DNA from: an uncultured Dictyoglomota bacterium | Lineage (GTDB): Bacteria > Dictyoglomota > Dictyoglomia > Dictyoglomales > Dictyoglomaceae | Direction of reading: 5' to 3' | DNA length: 28,692 nt | Assembly: GCA_964654465.1 (NCBI GenBank) | Contig: CAZZIO010000060.1 | Span: forward strand, 1 to 28,692 | Part shown: positions 14,632 to 25,401 of the stretch, piece by piece | How positions within the stretch are numbered: position 1 is the stretch's first letter | Layout of the letters: every line of letters starts with the position of its first letter | Notes under the pieces: model-generated | What the model was told of the DNA's origin: nothing | Seen by the model: only the letters and a program-made list of their open reading frames with translations | Databases searched by the model: none | Translations under genes and position numbers: made by a program

Positions 14632-15102
14632 ATGAGAACAGTCATACAAAGAGTAAAGAGAGCAGAGGTAAGAGTAAAAGGAGAAGTAATAGGTAAAATT
14701 TCTCAAGGACTTCTAATTCTCTTGGGAATAGCTCAAGAAGATACAGAAGAAGATATTATAATGTTAGCAGACAAAATCATTAACTTAAGAATTTTCTCAG
14801 ATAAAGAGGGAAAAATGAACTTAAGCATTAAAGAAATAAATGGAGAAATCCTTGTAGTCTCTCAATTTACCTTATATGCTGATTGTAGAAGAGGAAGAAG
14901 ACCCGATTTTACAAGGGCTGCAGAAAAAGAAAAAGCCTATTTTCTCTACAAAAAATTTATAGAATATATAAAAACACATATAGATAAAGTACAAGAAGGA
15001 GAATTTCAAGCTTACATGGAAGTTGAATTAATAAATGATGGTCCAGTAACTATTATAATTGATACCGAAGATCTTAAAAAACCAAGGAGGGCTAAAGAAT
15101 GA
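14632..15102 (+). CDS. dtd: D-aminoacyl-tRNA deacylase
   Basis: IQRV, SQFTL and NDGPVT motifs; conserved rel-dtd adjacency. Confidence 0.97.
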   Translation: MRTVIQRVKRAEVRVKGEVIGKISQGLLILLGIAQEDTEEDIIMLADKIINLRIFSDKEGKMNLSIKEINGEILVVSQFTLYADCRRGRRPDFTRAAEKEKAYFLYKKFIEYIKTHIDKVQEGEFQAYMEVELINDGPVTIIIDTEDLKKPRRAKE

Positions 15103-16352
15103 ACATGGAACTTCCCCGTGGAGTACAAGATATACTTCCTGAAGATATCCCATATTGGCAACTTGTAGAAAACACAGCCAGAAAACTTTTTGAATCTTAT
15201 AACTATGAAGAAATAAGGACTCCCATATTTGAATACACAGAACTTTTTAGAAAAGGCACTGGCGAAACTACAGATATTGTAATGAAAGAAATGTATACCT
15301 TTACAGATAAAAAGGGGCGTTCTCTCACACTAAGGCCAGAAGGTACTCCAGGAGTTATAAGAGCCTTTCTCACAAACAAAATATATAATCAGAAACCTGT
15401 ATGGAAAGTATATTACATTGGTCCTATGTTTAGATACGAAAGACCTCAAGCAGGAAGATATAGACAATTTCATCAATTAGGAATAGAGGTTTTAGGAAGA
15501 AAAGATCCATATATAGATTTTGAGGTAATAAAATTAGCAGTAGATCTTTTGAAAAACCTTAAGTTAGAAAATTTAGAAGTGGAAATAAATTCGTTAGGTT
15601 GCATAAAATGTAGACCAAATTATAGAGAAGCTCTTATAAGCTATTTCAGAAAATACGAAGACCAACTTTCCCCCATAGATAAAGAAAGATTAGAAAGAAA
15701 TCCATTAAGATTACTTGACTCAAAAGATGAAAAACTTATTGCTTTAAAAGATCAGGCTCCACAACCCATTGATTATCTTTGCGATGAATGTAAAATTCAC
15801 TTTGAAAAAGTACAGAAATATTTAAGTTTAGATAATATCAAATATAAATTAAACCCAAAGCTGGTAAGAGGACTTGATTATTATACAAGAACCGTATTTG
15901 AGATTACCACCACAACTCTTGGATCTCAGAATGCAGTAGTCGGGGGAGGAAGGTATGATAATTTAGTAGAAACTTACGGTGGTCCATCCATCCCTGGCCT
16001 TGGTTTTGCTCTTGGTATAGAAAGACTTATTATTCTTTTAAAACAGCAAAACCATATATCTCTACCTTATATCCCTCTTATATTTATTACCCTTTCTGAA
16101 GATTATGTGGAGACAGGCATAAAACTTGCGAACATATTAAGAACAAAATATAGAGTTGATATAGGTTCTCCCCAAGAAAATTTAAGAACTCAATTAAAAT
16201 GGGCAGATAAATTAGGGAGTTTTATTGTAATATTCTTAACTGAAGAAATCGAAAAAAATAAACTTAAGATAAAGAATTTTAAAACAGGAGAAGAAAAATA
16301 TACAGATTTAAACTTCAATACTATCTTAGAAGACATTGAGACTATGCTATAA
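15099..16352 (+). CDS. hisS: Histidine--tRNA ligase
   Basis: [30 protein letters not shown] and GGGRYD; ATGA overlap with dtd. Confidence 0.98.
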   Translation: MNMELPRGVQDILPEDIPYWQLVENTARKLFESYNYEEIRTPIFEYTELFRKGTGETTDIVMKEMYTFTDKKGRSLTLRPEGTPGVIRAFLTNKIYNQKPVWKVYYIGPMFRYERPQAGRYRQFHQLGIEVLGRKDPYIDFEVIKLAVDLLKNLKLENLEVEINSLGCIKCRPNYREALISYFRKYEDQLSPIDKERLERNPLRLLDSKDEKLIALKDQAPQPIDYLCDECKIHFEKVQKYLSLDNIKYKLNPKLVRGLDYYTRTVFEITTTTLGSQNAVVGGGRYDNLVETYGGPSIPGLGFALGIERLIILLKQQNHISLPYIPLIFITLSEDYVETGIKLANILRTKYRVDIGSPQENLRTQLKWADKLGSFIVIFLTEEIEKNKLKIKNFKTGEEKYTDLNFNTILEDIETML

Positions 16353-16379
16353 TTACAAAGAATTTCACACAAGGGAAAG

Positions 16380-18161
16380 GTGGGAAAGATTTTGAAAAGG
16401 AACTATTATTGTGGAGAAATAAACTCAAAAAATATAGGTGAAACAGTAATTTTAAGTGGATGGGTACATAGAATTAGGCATCATGGTGGACTTATCTTTG
16501 TAGATCTTAGAGATAGAGGTGGAATTATTCAATTAGTATTTGATCCATCTATTTCTCAGGAAAGCTATGACATTGCAGATAATTTAGGTAATGAATGGGT
16601 AATAACAGTAGAGGGCAAAGTTAGAAAAAGACCTGAAGGAATGGAAAATCTTAAAATACCAACAGGAGAAATTGAAATCGAAGTAAGAAAAATAAAAGTA
16701 GAAAATACAGCTAAACCCCTTCCCTTTAACCTATGGAGCAATAAGGAGATTGATGAAACAGTTAGATTAAAATATAGGTATTTAGATCTAAGAAGAGAAA
16801 AAATGCAATATAATATAACCTTTAGGCATAAATTTATTCTTTCCATAAGAAATTTCTTATCTAAAAAAGGTTTTATAGAAATCGAAACCCCATATTTAAT
16901 TGTAAGTACTCCCGAAGGAGCACGTGATTTTTTAATACCAAGTCGACTTCAGCCTGGAAAATTCTATGCTCTCCCCCAATCCCCTCAATTATTTAAACAA
17001 ATTCTTATGGTATCAGGATTTGATAAATATTTTCAAATAGCGAGATGCTTTAGAGATGAGGATTTAAGAGCTGATAGACAACCTGAGTTTACCCAGCTCG
17101 ATATGGAAATGTCTTTTATAGATCAAGAAGATGTATTTAATATTATAGAAGAGTTATTTAAAATAACTCTTAGAGAGACTTTAGATATGGAAATCCAAAT
17201 CCCCTTTATCAGATTAACTTATGATGAAGCTATGAACACATATGGAAGTGATAAACCCGACTTAAGATACGATCTAAAAATAACTGACGTAACAGATCTT
17301 TTTTCAAATTTCTCCTTAGAGTTTATAAAAAATACTATCGCAAACAATGGTGTGGTAAAAGGAATAATGTTGAGAGGAATAATACCAACAAGGAGAGATT
17401 GGAGCATCATAGAGAACAAAGTAAAAGAATTAAAAGGTAAAGGAATAATGTGGTTCTCTTATGCGGATGGTGAATTAAAATCTTCCATTAACAAATATCT
17501 AAGTGACGAAGATAAGGCTAAAATCATTGAAACATTAAATTTAAAACCTGGAGATTCCTTTTTTAGCATTGCAGGTGAGTGGAAAGAGGTAGTAAAAATC
17601 CTTGGAATCGTGAGATTAGAGCTTACCCAAATATTTAATATTCCTAAAAAAGAAGGACTTTTTTTCCTTTGGGTTACAGACTTCCCTCTTTTCGAATATG
17701 ATGAAGAAGAAAAAAGAATTGTAGCTGAACATCATCCATTTACTTCTCCCAAAGAGGAAGATCTTCCCTTATTAGACACCAATCCATTGAAGGTTAGAGC
17801 TCAGTGTTATGATTTAGTATTAAATGGTACTGAATTAGGGAGTGGAAGTATAAGAATTCATCAAAGAGAAATTCAAGAAAAAATATTTAATATATTAAAT
17901 ATTTCTCCTGAAGATGCAAAGAAAAAATTTGGATTTCTTTTAGAAGCCTTTGAATATGGAGCTCCACCCCATGGAGGTATAGCGTTAGGGATAGATAGAA
18001 TAGTTGCTATTCTTACTAATTCCCCATCTTTAAGAGATGTGATTGCTTTTCCAAAGACTCAAAGTGGGACTTGTCTTTTAACAGGAGCTCCCTCAGAAGT
18101 TGATCCAAAACAATTAGAAGAAGTACATATTAAAGTAGTCCTACCTGAAGGAGAGAATTAA
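16380..18161 (+). CDS. aspS: Aspartate--tRNA ligase, probably non-discriminating (Asp/Asn)
   Basis: [28 protein letters not shown] and [14 protein letters not shown]. The GTG start is uncertain; in-frame TTG at 16392 is an alternative. Confidence 0.97.
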   Translation: MGKILKRNYYCGEINSKNIGETVILSGWVHRIRHHGGLIFVDLRDRGGIIQLVFDPSISQESYDIADNLGNEWVITVEGKVRKRPEGMENLKIPTGEIEIEVRKIKVENTAKPLPFNLWSNKEIDETVRLKYRYLDLRREKMQYNITFRHKFILSIRNFLSKKGFIEIETPYLIVSTPEGARDFLIPSRLQPGKFYALPQSPQLFKQILMVSGFDKYFQIARCFRDEDLRADRQPEFTQLDMEMSFIDQEDVFNIIEELFKITLRETLDMEIQIPFIRLTYDEAMNTYGSDKPDLRYDLKITDVTDLFSNFSLEFIKNTIANNGVVKGIMLRGIIPTRRDWSIIENKVKELKGKGIMWFSYADGELKSSINKYLSDEDKAKIIETLNLKPGDSFFSIAGEWKEVVKILGIVRLELTQIFNIPKKEGLFFLWVTDFPLFEYDEEEKRIVAEHHPFTSPKEEDLPLLDTNPLKVRAQCYDLVLNGTELGSGSIRIHQREIQEKIFNILNISPEDAKKKFGFLLEAFEYGAPPHGGIALGIDRIVAILTNSPSLRDVIAFPKTQSGTCLLTGAPSEVDPKQLEEVHIKVVLPEGEN

Positions 18162-19394
18162 ATGAATTTCTATGAAAAAGCTATTGAGCTTCATAAAGAG
18201 AAAAAAGGTAAATTGGAGATAAAGCCTAAAGTACCATTAGAGAATAAAACCGATCTTTCTTTGGCTTATACGCCTGGGGTTGCAGGAGTATCTCAAGCTA
18301 TCCATAAAAAATCTGATTTAGTTTATGACTTCACTATAAAAGCAAATACCGTAGCAGTTGTTAGCGATGGTTCTGCAGTTTTAGGTCTTGGAAACATCGG
18401 TCCTTTAGGAGCTATACCCGTAATGGAAGGGAAGGCAATATTATTTAAGAAGTTTGCCAATATAGATGCTTTTCCTATATGCTTAAATACACAAGACCCA
18501 GAAAAAATAATAGAAATTGTTTATAATATATCTCCTATATTTGGAGGGATTAACCTTGAAGATATATCAGCACCAAACTGTTTTTATATTGAAGAAAAAC
18601 TCATTGAACTATTAGATATACCTGTATTTCATGATGACCAACATGGTACTGCAATAGTAACTTACGCAGCTCTCATAAATGCCTTAAAACTAAAGAATTT
18701 AAAACTGAATGAAATAAAAATAGTGATATTAGGGGCGGGAGCTGCAGGAATAGCTATAGCAAAATTTCTTATTTCTGAAGGTGCAAAAAATATTAGATTA
18801 GTTGATCGTCATGGTATCATATATCCAGGAAGAAAAGATGGTATGAATCCTGAAAAAGAAAAAATAGCATCAATAATTAATCCTGAAAAAGAAAAGGGAG
18901 AATTAAAAGATGCCCTAAAAGATGCTCACGTGTTCATTGGTGTTTCTCAGGCAAATCTTTTATCTCCAGAGTATATAAAATTGATGAAAAAAGACCCTAT
19001 TATTTTTGCCATGGCCAATCCTGTTCCAGAAATAATGCCTGAAGTTGCCCAAAAAGTGGGTGTAAGGATAATAGGTACTGGAAGATCTGATTATCCTAAC
19101 CAAATAAATAATCTCCTCGCTTTTCCAGGTGTATTTAGAGGAGCCTTACTTGTCAGAGCAAGAGAAATAAATCAAGAAATGAAACTCTCTGCTTCTTTTG
19201 CCATTGCATCCTTAATCGAGGAACCAAGAGAAGACTACTTAATACCCTCCCCGCTTGACAAAAGAGTAGTTCCAAAAGTAGCGGAAGAGGTTGCTAAAGC
19301 GGCCATACGTACTAATGTAGCGAGAACGTTTAAAACAGAAGAAGAGATAAGGAAGGAATTGAAAATTATGTTAGGAGGAGAAGAAGATGAATAA
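18162..19394 (+). CDS. NAD(P)-dependent malic enzyme (small type)
   Basis: [49 protein letters not shown]. Confidence 0.95.
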   Translation: MNFYEKAIELHKEKKGKLEIKPKVPLENKTDLSLAYTPGVAGVSQAIHKKSDLVYDFTIKANTVAVVSDGSAVLGLGNIGPLGAIPVMEGKAILFKKFANIDAFPICLNTQDPEKIIEIVYNISPIFGGINLEDISAPNCFYIEEKLIELLDIPVFHDDQHGTAIVTYAALINALKLKNLKLNEIKIVILGAGAAGIAIAKFLISEGAKNIRLVDRHGIIYPGRKDGMNPEKEKIASIINPEKEKGELKDALKDAHVFIGVSQANLLSPEYIKLMKKDPIIFAMANPVPEIMPEVAQKVGVRIIGTGRSDYPNQINNLLAFPGVFRGALLVRAREINQEMKLSASFAIASLIEEPREDYLIPSPLDKRVVPKVAEEVAKAAIRTNVARTFKTEEEIRKELKIMLGGEEDE

Positions 19395-20691
19395 AGAATT
19401 TAATACCATTGTTGTAATAGGATCTCAATGGGGAGATGAGGGAAAAGGAAAAATTATAGATATTATTTCACAAAATGCTGATGCAGTTGTAAGATTCAAT
19501 GGAGGAAATAACGCTGGCCATACAGTGATAGTTAAAAATAAAACCTTTAAATTTAGACTTCTCCCATCCGGTATAGTTTCCGAAAAGGTAATTAATATAA
19601 TTGCCACAGGAGTAATTGTCAATCTACCGGCTTTAGTAGAAGAGATTGAAGAATTAGAGAAAAACGGTATAAAGATAAAAAATCTTTACATTAGTGATAG
19701 ATCTCCTTTAGTTTTGCCATACCATCCTATATTGGATAAATTTTTTGAAGAAAAAAGAGAAAAATCCAAAATAGGTACAACCGCAAGAGGTATAGGACCA
19801 GCTTACAGTGATTACATTGCAAGAGATAGTCTAAGAATAGGAGATCTACTCGATAAAGAATACTTTAGAGAAAGAATAACTCAAATATATGACTTTAAAT
19901 CGAAAATATTATCTGAAGAATCTCTTGGATATAAAATAGAGGAAATTTATAATTCCCAAATAGAAGCTATAGAAAAATTATCACAAAAAGGTGTAATAAT
20001 TACAGATACCTCTAAGCTTATAAATGATCTGATTGATTCAGGAAAAAAGGTATTATTTGAAGCTGCACAAGGCACTCTTCTTGATATTTATTATGGTACA
20101 TATCCTTATGTTACCTCTTCATTTACCATAGCAGGAGGAGTATGCGTAGGAGCTGGAATAGGTCCTCAAAAAATTAAAAAAATAATAGGTGTAATAAAGG
20201 GATATACATCACGAGTTGGAGAAGGACCATTTCCAAGTGAAATTCACGACTCTATAGCAGAATATATAAGAGAGAAAGGACAAGAATATGGTACAGTAAC
20301 TAGAAGACCTCGCCGTGTAGGTTGGTTGGATCTTGTAGCATTACGATATGCAAAAAGAATAAATAACTTTACAAGCATTGCTATTACTAAATTAGACGTA
20401 TTGAGCGGTCTTGAGAAATTGAAGATTGTAGTAGGATATAGATATAAAGGAAAATTAATTGATGAATTTCCTTCTTCTTTAAATGTATTAAAAGATTGTG
20501 AACCTATTTTTGAAGAGATACCAGGATGGAAAGAAAATCTATTGGGAATATTAGATATCTCAAAATTACCTCAAAATACTATTAAATATTTAGAAATGAT
20601 TGAAAAGGAATTAGATACAAAAATCGAAATAATAGGAACAGGACCCGAAAGAAACGACATAATTATAGTAAAAGATCCTTGGGAATTATAG
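19387..20691 (+). CDS. purA: Adenylosuccinate synthetase
   Basis: QWGDEGKGK, GGNNAGHT, GTYPYVTSS, RVGEGPFP, RPRRVGWLD, TKLDVL. Confidence 0.98.
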   Translation: MNKEFNTIVVIGSQWGDEGKGKIIDIISQNADAVVRFNGGNNAGHTVIVKNKTFKFRLLPSGIVSEKVINIIATGVIVNLPALVEEIEELEKNGIKIKNLYISDRSPLVLPYHPILDKFFEEKREKSKIGTTARGIGPAYSDYIARDSLRIGDLLDKEYFRERITQIYDFKSKILSEESLGYKIEEIYNSQIEAIEKLSQKGVIITDTSKLINDLIDSGKKVLFEAAQGTLLDIYYGTYPYVTSSFTIAGGVCVGAGIGPQKIKKIIGVIKGYTSRVGEGPFPSEIHDSIAEYIREKGQEYGTVTRRPRRVGWLDLVALRYAKRINNFTSIAITKLDVLSGLEKLKIVVGYRYKGKLIDEFPSSLNVLKDCEPIFEEIPGWKENLLGILDISKLPQNTIKYLEMIEKELDTKIEIIGTGPERNDIIIVKDPWEL

Positions 20692-21156
20692 ATGGAAATA
20701 GTAAGTAAATCTTCAGAACATACATATAAAATCGGAAAAACTATTGGAGAAAAGTTAAAACCAAGAGATATTTTAGCATTAATAGGAGATTTAGGAAGTG
20801 GAAAAACCACCTTTGTTAAAGGATTAGCTGAAGGCCTTGATATTAAAAATCCAATAAATTCTCCTTCTTTTCTGATAATAAAGGAATATAAAGGTAAATA
20901 TCCATTCCTTCATATAGATGTATATCGTCTAAACAATCCTGAAATAGAACTTTTTAATATTGGTTTTGAAGATTATCTTAAGGATGACTACATTATTGCC
21001 ATAGAATGGGCTGATAGAATTTTGAATTACTTACCTGATAAAAGACTTGAAATTGAATTTCTTCATATGAGTAATAACGAAAGAAAAATAATATTTAAAC
21101 CTAAAGGAGAAAGATATAAAAATCTCATAGAGGAGCTTAAAGAATGTTTATTTTAA
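20692..21156 (+). CDS. tsaE: tRNA threonylcarbamoyladenosine biosynthesis ATPase TsaE
   Basis: GDLGSGKTT, SPSF, HIDVYRL, IEWA. Confidence 0.96.
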   Translation: MEIVSKSSEHTYKIGKTIGEKLKPRDILALIGDLGSGKTTFVKGLAEGLDIKNPINSPSFLIIKEYKGKYPFLHIDVYRLNNPEIELFNIGFEDYLKDDYIIAIEWADRILNYLPDKRLEIEFLHMSNNERKIIFKPKGERYKNLIEELKECLF

Positions 21157-21842
21157 GCATAAATACAGCATCCAATAAGAGCAATATTGTTTTGTGGAAA
21201 GACGGAGAAATTTATGAGCTTTTTTATTCTACTAATTCCAGAACATATGGTGAGACATTAACGAGTAATTTACAAGAGCTTCTAAAAAAATCAAAATGGA
21301 ATTTAAAAGATGTGGATATTTTTAGCGTAATCACAGGACCAGGATCATTTACAGGTCTAAGAATAGGAGTAGTTACTATAAAAACTTTAGCCCAAATCTA
21401 TAAGAAACCAACTGTTGGAATATCATATTTAGAAGCCTTAGCCTCTCAGATTGCTTTTAAAGGATTAAAAGTACCAATTTTGTCTGCAAGAAAGGGAGAG
21501 ATACATGCAGGTTTTTATGTGGATGAAGATCCTATCTATCCTGAAGATGTTTATCCATACGATACATTTCTAAGCCTGCTAAATAGATTTAGTAAAGACA
21601 ATCATACAATAGTAACTGGAGATACACCTGAAGATCTAAAATTATTACTTCCTAAAAATATAATATTAACCCCAGAATTTATAAACTCAATCAGAGGAGA
21701 AACCCTCATATACATTACATTGAAAAAATATCAAAATGGGTATGTTAAAGACTATTCAACTCTACTTCCTGATTATAGACAAAAATCAAGTGCAGAAATT
21801 AACTGGGAGAGAAGACATGAAAGAACAGAATCAAAAAACTGA
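21144..21842 (+). CDS. tsaB: t6A biosynthesis protein TsaB
   Basis: GPGSFTGLRIG motif; lies between tsaE and rimI. Confidence 0.93.
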   Translation: MFILSINTASNKSNIVLWKDGEIYELFYSTNSRTYGETLTSNLQELLKKSKWNLKDVDIFSVITGPGSFTGLRIGVVTIKTLAQIYKKPTVGISYLEALASQIAFKGLKVPILSARKGEIHAGFYVDEDPIYPEDVYPYDTFLSLLNRFSKDNHTIVTGDTPEDLKLLLPKNIILTPEFINSIRGETLIYITLKKYQNGYVKDYSTLLPDYRQKSSAEINWERRHERTESKN

Positions 21843-22290
21843 AATAAATATAGAAATAAGACCAATGAAATTTGAAGACATAGATTCTGTTGATGAAATA
21901 AATAAGTTATCTTTCTCTAATCCTTGGAGTAGAGAGAGCTTTGAAAAAGAATTAACATCTAATAAAATTGCAAGATATTTTGTGGCTGTACACAACGAAA
22001 AAATTGTCGGCTTTGTAGGGCTTTGGCTTATATTTCAAGAAGCCCAAATAACCACAATAGCAGTACATCCTGATTATAGAGGAAGAAAAATCGGAGATAG
22101 ATTAATGGATTTTGTTATAGATTATTGTCTTAAAAATCAAGTTAGAAATATAATCTTAGAAGTTAGAGTATCCAATACTATTGCCCAAAATCTATATTAT
22201 AAAAAGGGCTTTCAAAAAATAGGTGTTAGAAAATGGTATTATAAAGATGGAGAAGATGCCTTAGTAATGGTAAAAAAGTTCTTTCTTTAA
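21817..22290 (+). CDS. rimI: RimI-like GNAT N-acetyltransferase (start corrected from 21736 to 21817)
   Basis: [42 protein letters not shown] (21805-21809) lies upstream of ATG 21817. Confidence 0.92.
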   Translation: MKEQNQKTEINIEIRPMKFEDIDSVDEINKLSFSNPWSRESFEKELTSNKIARYFVAVHNEKIVGFVGLWLIFQEAQITTIAVHPDYRGRKIGDRLMDFVIDYCLKNQVRNIILEVRVSNTIAQNLYYKKGFQKIGVRKWYYKDGEDALVMVKKFFL

Positions 22291-22300
22291 GGGGAAACTA

Positions 22301-23305
22301 ATGATAACAATTGGTATTGAAACTTCTTGTGATGAGACAAGTATAGCATTAGTAGAGGACGGAACTAAGATTTTAAGCAACATAGTTTCATCACAAATAG
22401 ACATTCATAAAATATACGGGGGTGTAGTCCCAGAAGTTGCATCAAGGCTCCATGTAGAGGTTATAAATAAACTTATTGATGTGGCCTTAGAAAAAGCAAA
22501 TTTAAGTTTTAAAGACATAGATTTAATAGCAGTTACCCATGGTCCTGGTCTAATTGGATCATTATGGGTAGGAATAATGGTAGGAAAAACCTTATCCTTA
22601 GCATTGGAAAAACCAATTGTTGGAGTAAATCATCTTGAGGGACATATTTTTGCCAACTTCTTAAGAGAAGATCCCCCTACATTTCCCTTTATATCTCTTA
22701 TAATATCAGGAGGACACACAGAATATCTTTTAGTGGAAGGAATAAGAAAGTATAAATTATTAGGACAAACTTTGGATGATGCTGCTGGAGAAGCTTTTGA
22801 TAAAGTGGCAAGAATATTAGGATTAAGTTATCCTGGTGGTCCAGAAATAGAAAAAGTAGCAAAGAATGGAAACCCAGTTTTCAATCTCCCTAAGGTAAAA
22901 TGCGATAGAGATTTAGATATAAGCTTTAGCGGATTAAAAACAGCTATATTGTATCTTGTAAGGGATTTAAAAAATGAAGGGAAAGAAATTCCAGTAGCAG
23001 ATATAGCTGCCTCTTTTCAGAAAAGAGTAGTGGAAGAATTAATAGAAAGAGCACTAATTGCTGTAAAAAAATTTAAAATTAATACATTAGTACTTTCTGG
23101 TGGTGTGATAGCAAATAGTTATTTACAAGAAAGGTTCAAAAAAATCTCTGTGGAGGAAAAGATAAAACTCTATTTACCCCCTAAAGAATTGTGTACCGAT
23201 AATGCAGCCATGGTTGCTTCCGCAGGGTACCACCTATATAAAAATGGATATGTAAATGATCTTTCTTTATCAGCTATTCCAGATCTACCCTTAGGAGGTA
23301 GTTAA
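22301..23305 (+). CDS. tsaD: tRNA N6-adenosine threonylcarbamoyltransferase TsaD
   Basis: [47 protein letters not shown]. Confidence 0.98.
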   Translation: MITIGIETSCDETSIALVEDGTKILSNIVSSQIDIHKIYGGVVPEVASRLHVEVINKLIDVALEKANLSFKDIDLIAVTHGPGLIGSLWVGIMVGKTLSLALEKPIVGVNHLEGHIFANFLREDPPTFPFISLIISGGHTEYLLVEGIRKYKLLGQTLDDAAGEAFDKVARILGLSYPGGPEIEKVAKNGNPVFNLPKVKCDRDLDISFSGLKTAILYLVRDLKNEGKEIPVADIAASFQKRVVEELIERALIAVKKFKINTLVLSGGVIANSYLQERFKKISVEEKIKLYLPPKELCTDNAAMVASAGYHLYKNGYVNDLSLSAIPDLPLGGS

Positions 23306-24324
23306 TGAATAATTTGAACCGTACCCTCAAATCAGGGTTAAAATTTTCCATAGTAATAAGTGCAATTATTTTTGTAATTATCTTATTTTTTACTACAGAT
23401 TCAAGAACTTGGAATGCTCTACTTACTCTTAAATGGAATTATGTCTTATATATTCTTCTCCTTAATTTTTTAAGCTGGATATTTGCAGCAATTAGATACA
23501 AAATTCTTATAAAAGGTTTGGAAGGGGTAAATATAAAATTAATAGAGGCCTTACAAATACACCTTGCTTATTATTTTGCATCAAGCATAACCCCTACATC
23601 AGCAGGTGGCGAACCCTTAGAAATATACCTTCTTTCAAAGAAAAATATTAAAGTTGGACAAGCAACAGCATTAAGTCTTTTCAGATATGTTATTAATTCT
23701 CTAACTTTTGCTATTTCTTCACCTATTGTAATATATTTTTATTCTTATCTTTTTCCTCAACAAATAATTAAAAGATTAGTTCAATATAGCGCCTTACTCT
23801 TTTTCTTAATTGTTTTAGGTTTTATATTTGCACTGTACAAACCAAGACCTATTATAAGATTTATTGCTTATATTCTTCTCAAGTTAAGGAAACTGCCCTT
23901 CCTATCGAAAATACATCCTTATAAAATATTAAGAGTTGTCAATAATACTGTAAAAGATTTTCATAGCACTCTTTGGCTCTTCATAAAAGATAAAAAACTT
24001 ACTATGTTCGGCTTTTTCTTCTTCAATCTTCTTTCTTGGTTTACCTATTTTTTAATAGCACCAGTTCTTATGATGAGTTTCCATTTGAAAGTTAATATAA
24101 TCTCCGTAGTTTTAGTACAAATTCCAATCTTTTTCTTAATGTTCTATGTTCCCACACCAGGAGGAAGTGGAGTCATTGAAATTCTTCTTTCCCTCGCCTT
24201 TGCCCCCTTTGTACCCAAGTATATCTTGGGAATTTATATAATATTATGGCGAACATTTACCCATTATGTCACGTTATTAGCAGGTGCATTTGACTTCATA
24301 TATGTCCTTGGGATCAAAAATTGA
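23305..24324 (+). CDS. UPF0104 / lysylphosphatidylglycerol-synthase-TM flippase-like membrane protein (LafC-like)
   Basis: Polytopic hydrophobic protein with ITPTSAGGEP, VPTPGGSGVIE and LWRTFTHY motifs; TAATG overlap with tsaD. Confidence 0.85.
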   Translation: MNNLNRTLKSGLKFSIVISAIIFVIILFFTTDSRTWNALLTLKWNYVLYILLLNFLSWIFAAIRYKILIKGLEGVNIKLIEALQIHLAYYFASSITPTSAGGEPLEIYLLSKKNIKVGQATALSLFRYVINSLTFAISSPIVIYFYSYLFPQQIIKRLVQYSALLFFLIVLGFIFALYKPRPIIRFIAYILLKLRKLPFLSKIHPYKILRVVNNTVKDFHSTLWLFIKDKKLTMFGFFFFNLLSWFTYFLIAPVLMMSFHLKVNIISVVLVQIPIFFLMFYVPTPGGSGVIEILLSLAFAPFVPKYILGIYIILWRTFTHYVTLLAGAFDFIYVLGIKN

Positions 24325-24360
24325 GAATAGGAAAAAATATAAAAAAGAGGTGATTATTCA

Positions 24361-25401
24361 ATGATGAATACAAAAATAAAGGTAAACATAATATTTAAGC
24401 CAGGTATACCTTCTGCAAGAACAAAAGGTGGTGGAGATCAAACTGCTTGTAAGATGTTATATGAAGCTCTTAAAAAAAGAAATGATATAGAAGTCTATTA
24501 TAATGGTCTTGTCAAAGATGGACCTTACGATATCCTTCATTTCCATTCCTTTGGAGATGTCTTCTTCAAATACGTAAAGAAAGAAAACAAAAGTAAAATT
24601 GTATTTACAGCTCATGTAATAGCAGATACCATGTTAGGTAGTGCTTTATTAGCTGAAAAATGGAAAGGTCTTTTTTCTCAATATCTTCTTCTCTTTTATA
24701 ATCAGGCAGATGTAGTTATTGCTGTCTCCCCGTTAGAAGTAGAAAAATTAAAGGAAATGGGAGTAAAAACTAAGATTGTTTTTATACCAAATGGTGTGGA
24801 TTTAAGTTTATTTAAGAAAGATGAAAATTTAAGAAGAAAGACAAGAGAAGAATTTAATATAAAAGACGATGACATTGTACTTTTAAGTGTAGGTCACATG
24901 ATAAAAAGAAAAGGTTTTGATACTTTTGCAAAAATGGCTGAAAGATTGCCTCAATACAAATTTGTTTGGGTTGGCGGTATTCCTTTCTCATTCTTAAGTG
25001 GAGGATATTCTGAAATAAAGAAAATTATTAAAAATCCTCCAGAAAATCTAATCTTATCAGGTCCATGTCCTCACGATGAACTCAACAAATTTTATAACAT
25101 GGCTGATATTTTCTTTTTCCCATCAAGACAAGAAAACTTTAGTATTGCTGTCCTTGAAGCATCAGCTGTAGGCTTACCTCTACTTTTAAGAGATTTAAAA
25201 GAATACAAAGAACCTTTATCCCCCAATTATGTATCAGGTACAGAAGAAACATTTGAAGAAAATATAAAACTTCTTGCCGAAAACAAAAACTTAAGAGAAG
25301 AATACTCTAAAAAAGCCTTGAAAATTGCTGAGAAATACAATATAGAAAGAGTTGCCGATGAAACTGTAAAAGTATATAAAGAAATATTAAATCTGTCATG
25401 A
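24361..25401 (+). CDS. GT4 glycosyltransferase, LafB/CpoA/BgsA-like (second sugar onto glycosyl-DAG)
   Basis: E-X7-E motif (ENFSIAVLE), IPNGVD, RKG, and FVWVGG..GYSEIKKIIKNPPENL resembling CpoA/BgsA; GAGGTG SD. Confidence 0.8.
   Translation: MMNTKIKVNIIFKPGIPSARTKGGGDQTACKMLYEALKKRNDIEVYYNGLVKDGPYDILHFHSFGDVFFKYVKKENKSKIVFTAHVIADTMLGSALLAEKWKGLFSQYLLLFYNQADVVIAVSPLEVEKLKEMGVKTKIVFIPNGVDLSLFKKDENLRRKTREEFNIKDDDIVLLSVGHMIKRKGFDTFAKMAERLPQYKFVWVGGIPFSFLSGGYSEIKKIIKNPPENLILSGPCPHDELNKFYNMADIFFFPSRQENFSIAVLEASAVGLPLLLRDLKEYKEPLSPNYVSGTEETFEENIKLLAENKNLREEYSKKALKIAEKYNIERVADETVKVYKEILNLS

Noticed and set aside
18846..18895. 17-nt perfect direct repeat AATCCTGAAAAAGAAAA (NPEKEK twice, 33-nt period) in the malic enzyme gene
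   Set aside because: It is in frame, A-rich and has only two copies, with no sign of an insertion or array.
11262..20810. Short alternative-frame or antisense ORFs (11262-11447, 14265-14564, 16190-16372, 16565-16846, 17219-17419, 19425-19622, 20571-20810)
   Set aside because: They lie within or across real genes, and their composition is what purine-rich sense codons produce in other frames.
21736..21816. 27-aa N-terminal extension of RimI in the ORF track
   Set aside because: It would overlap tsaB by more than 100 nt and has no SD; ATG 21817 has GGGAG upstream.
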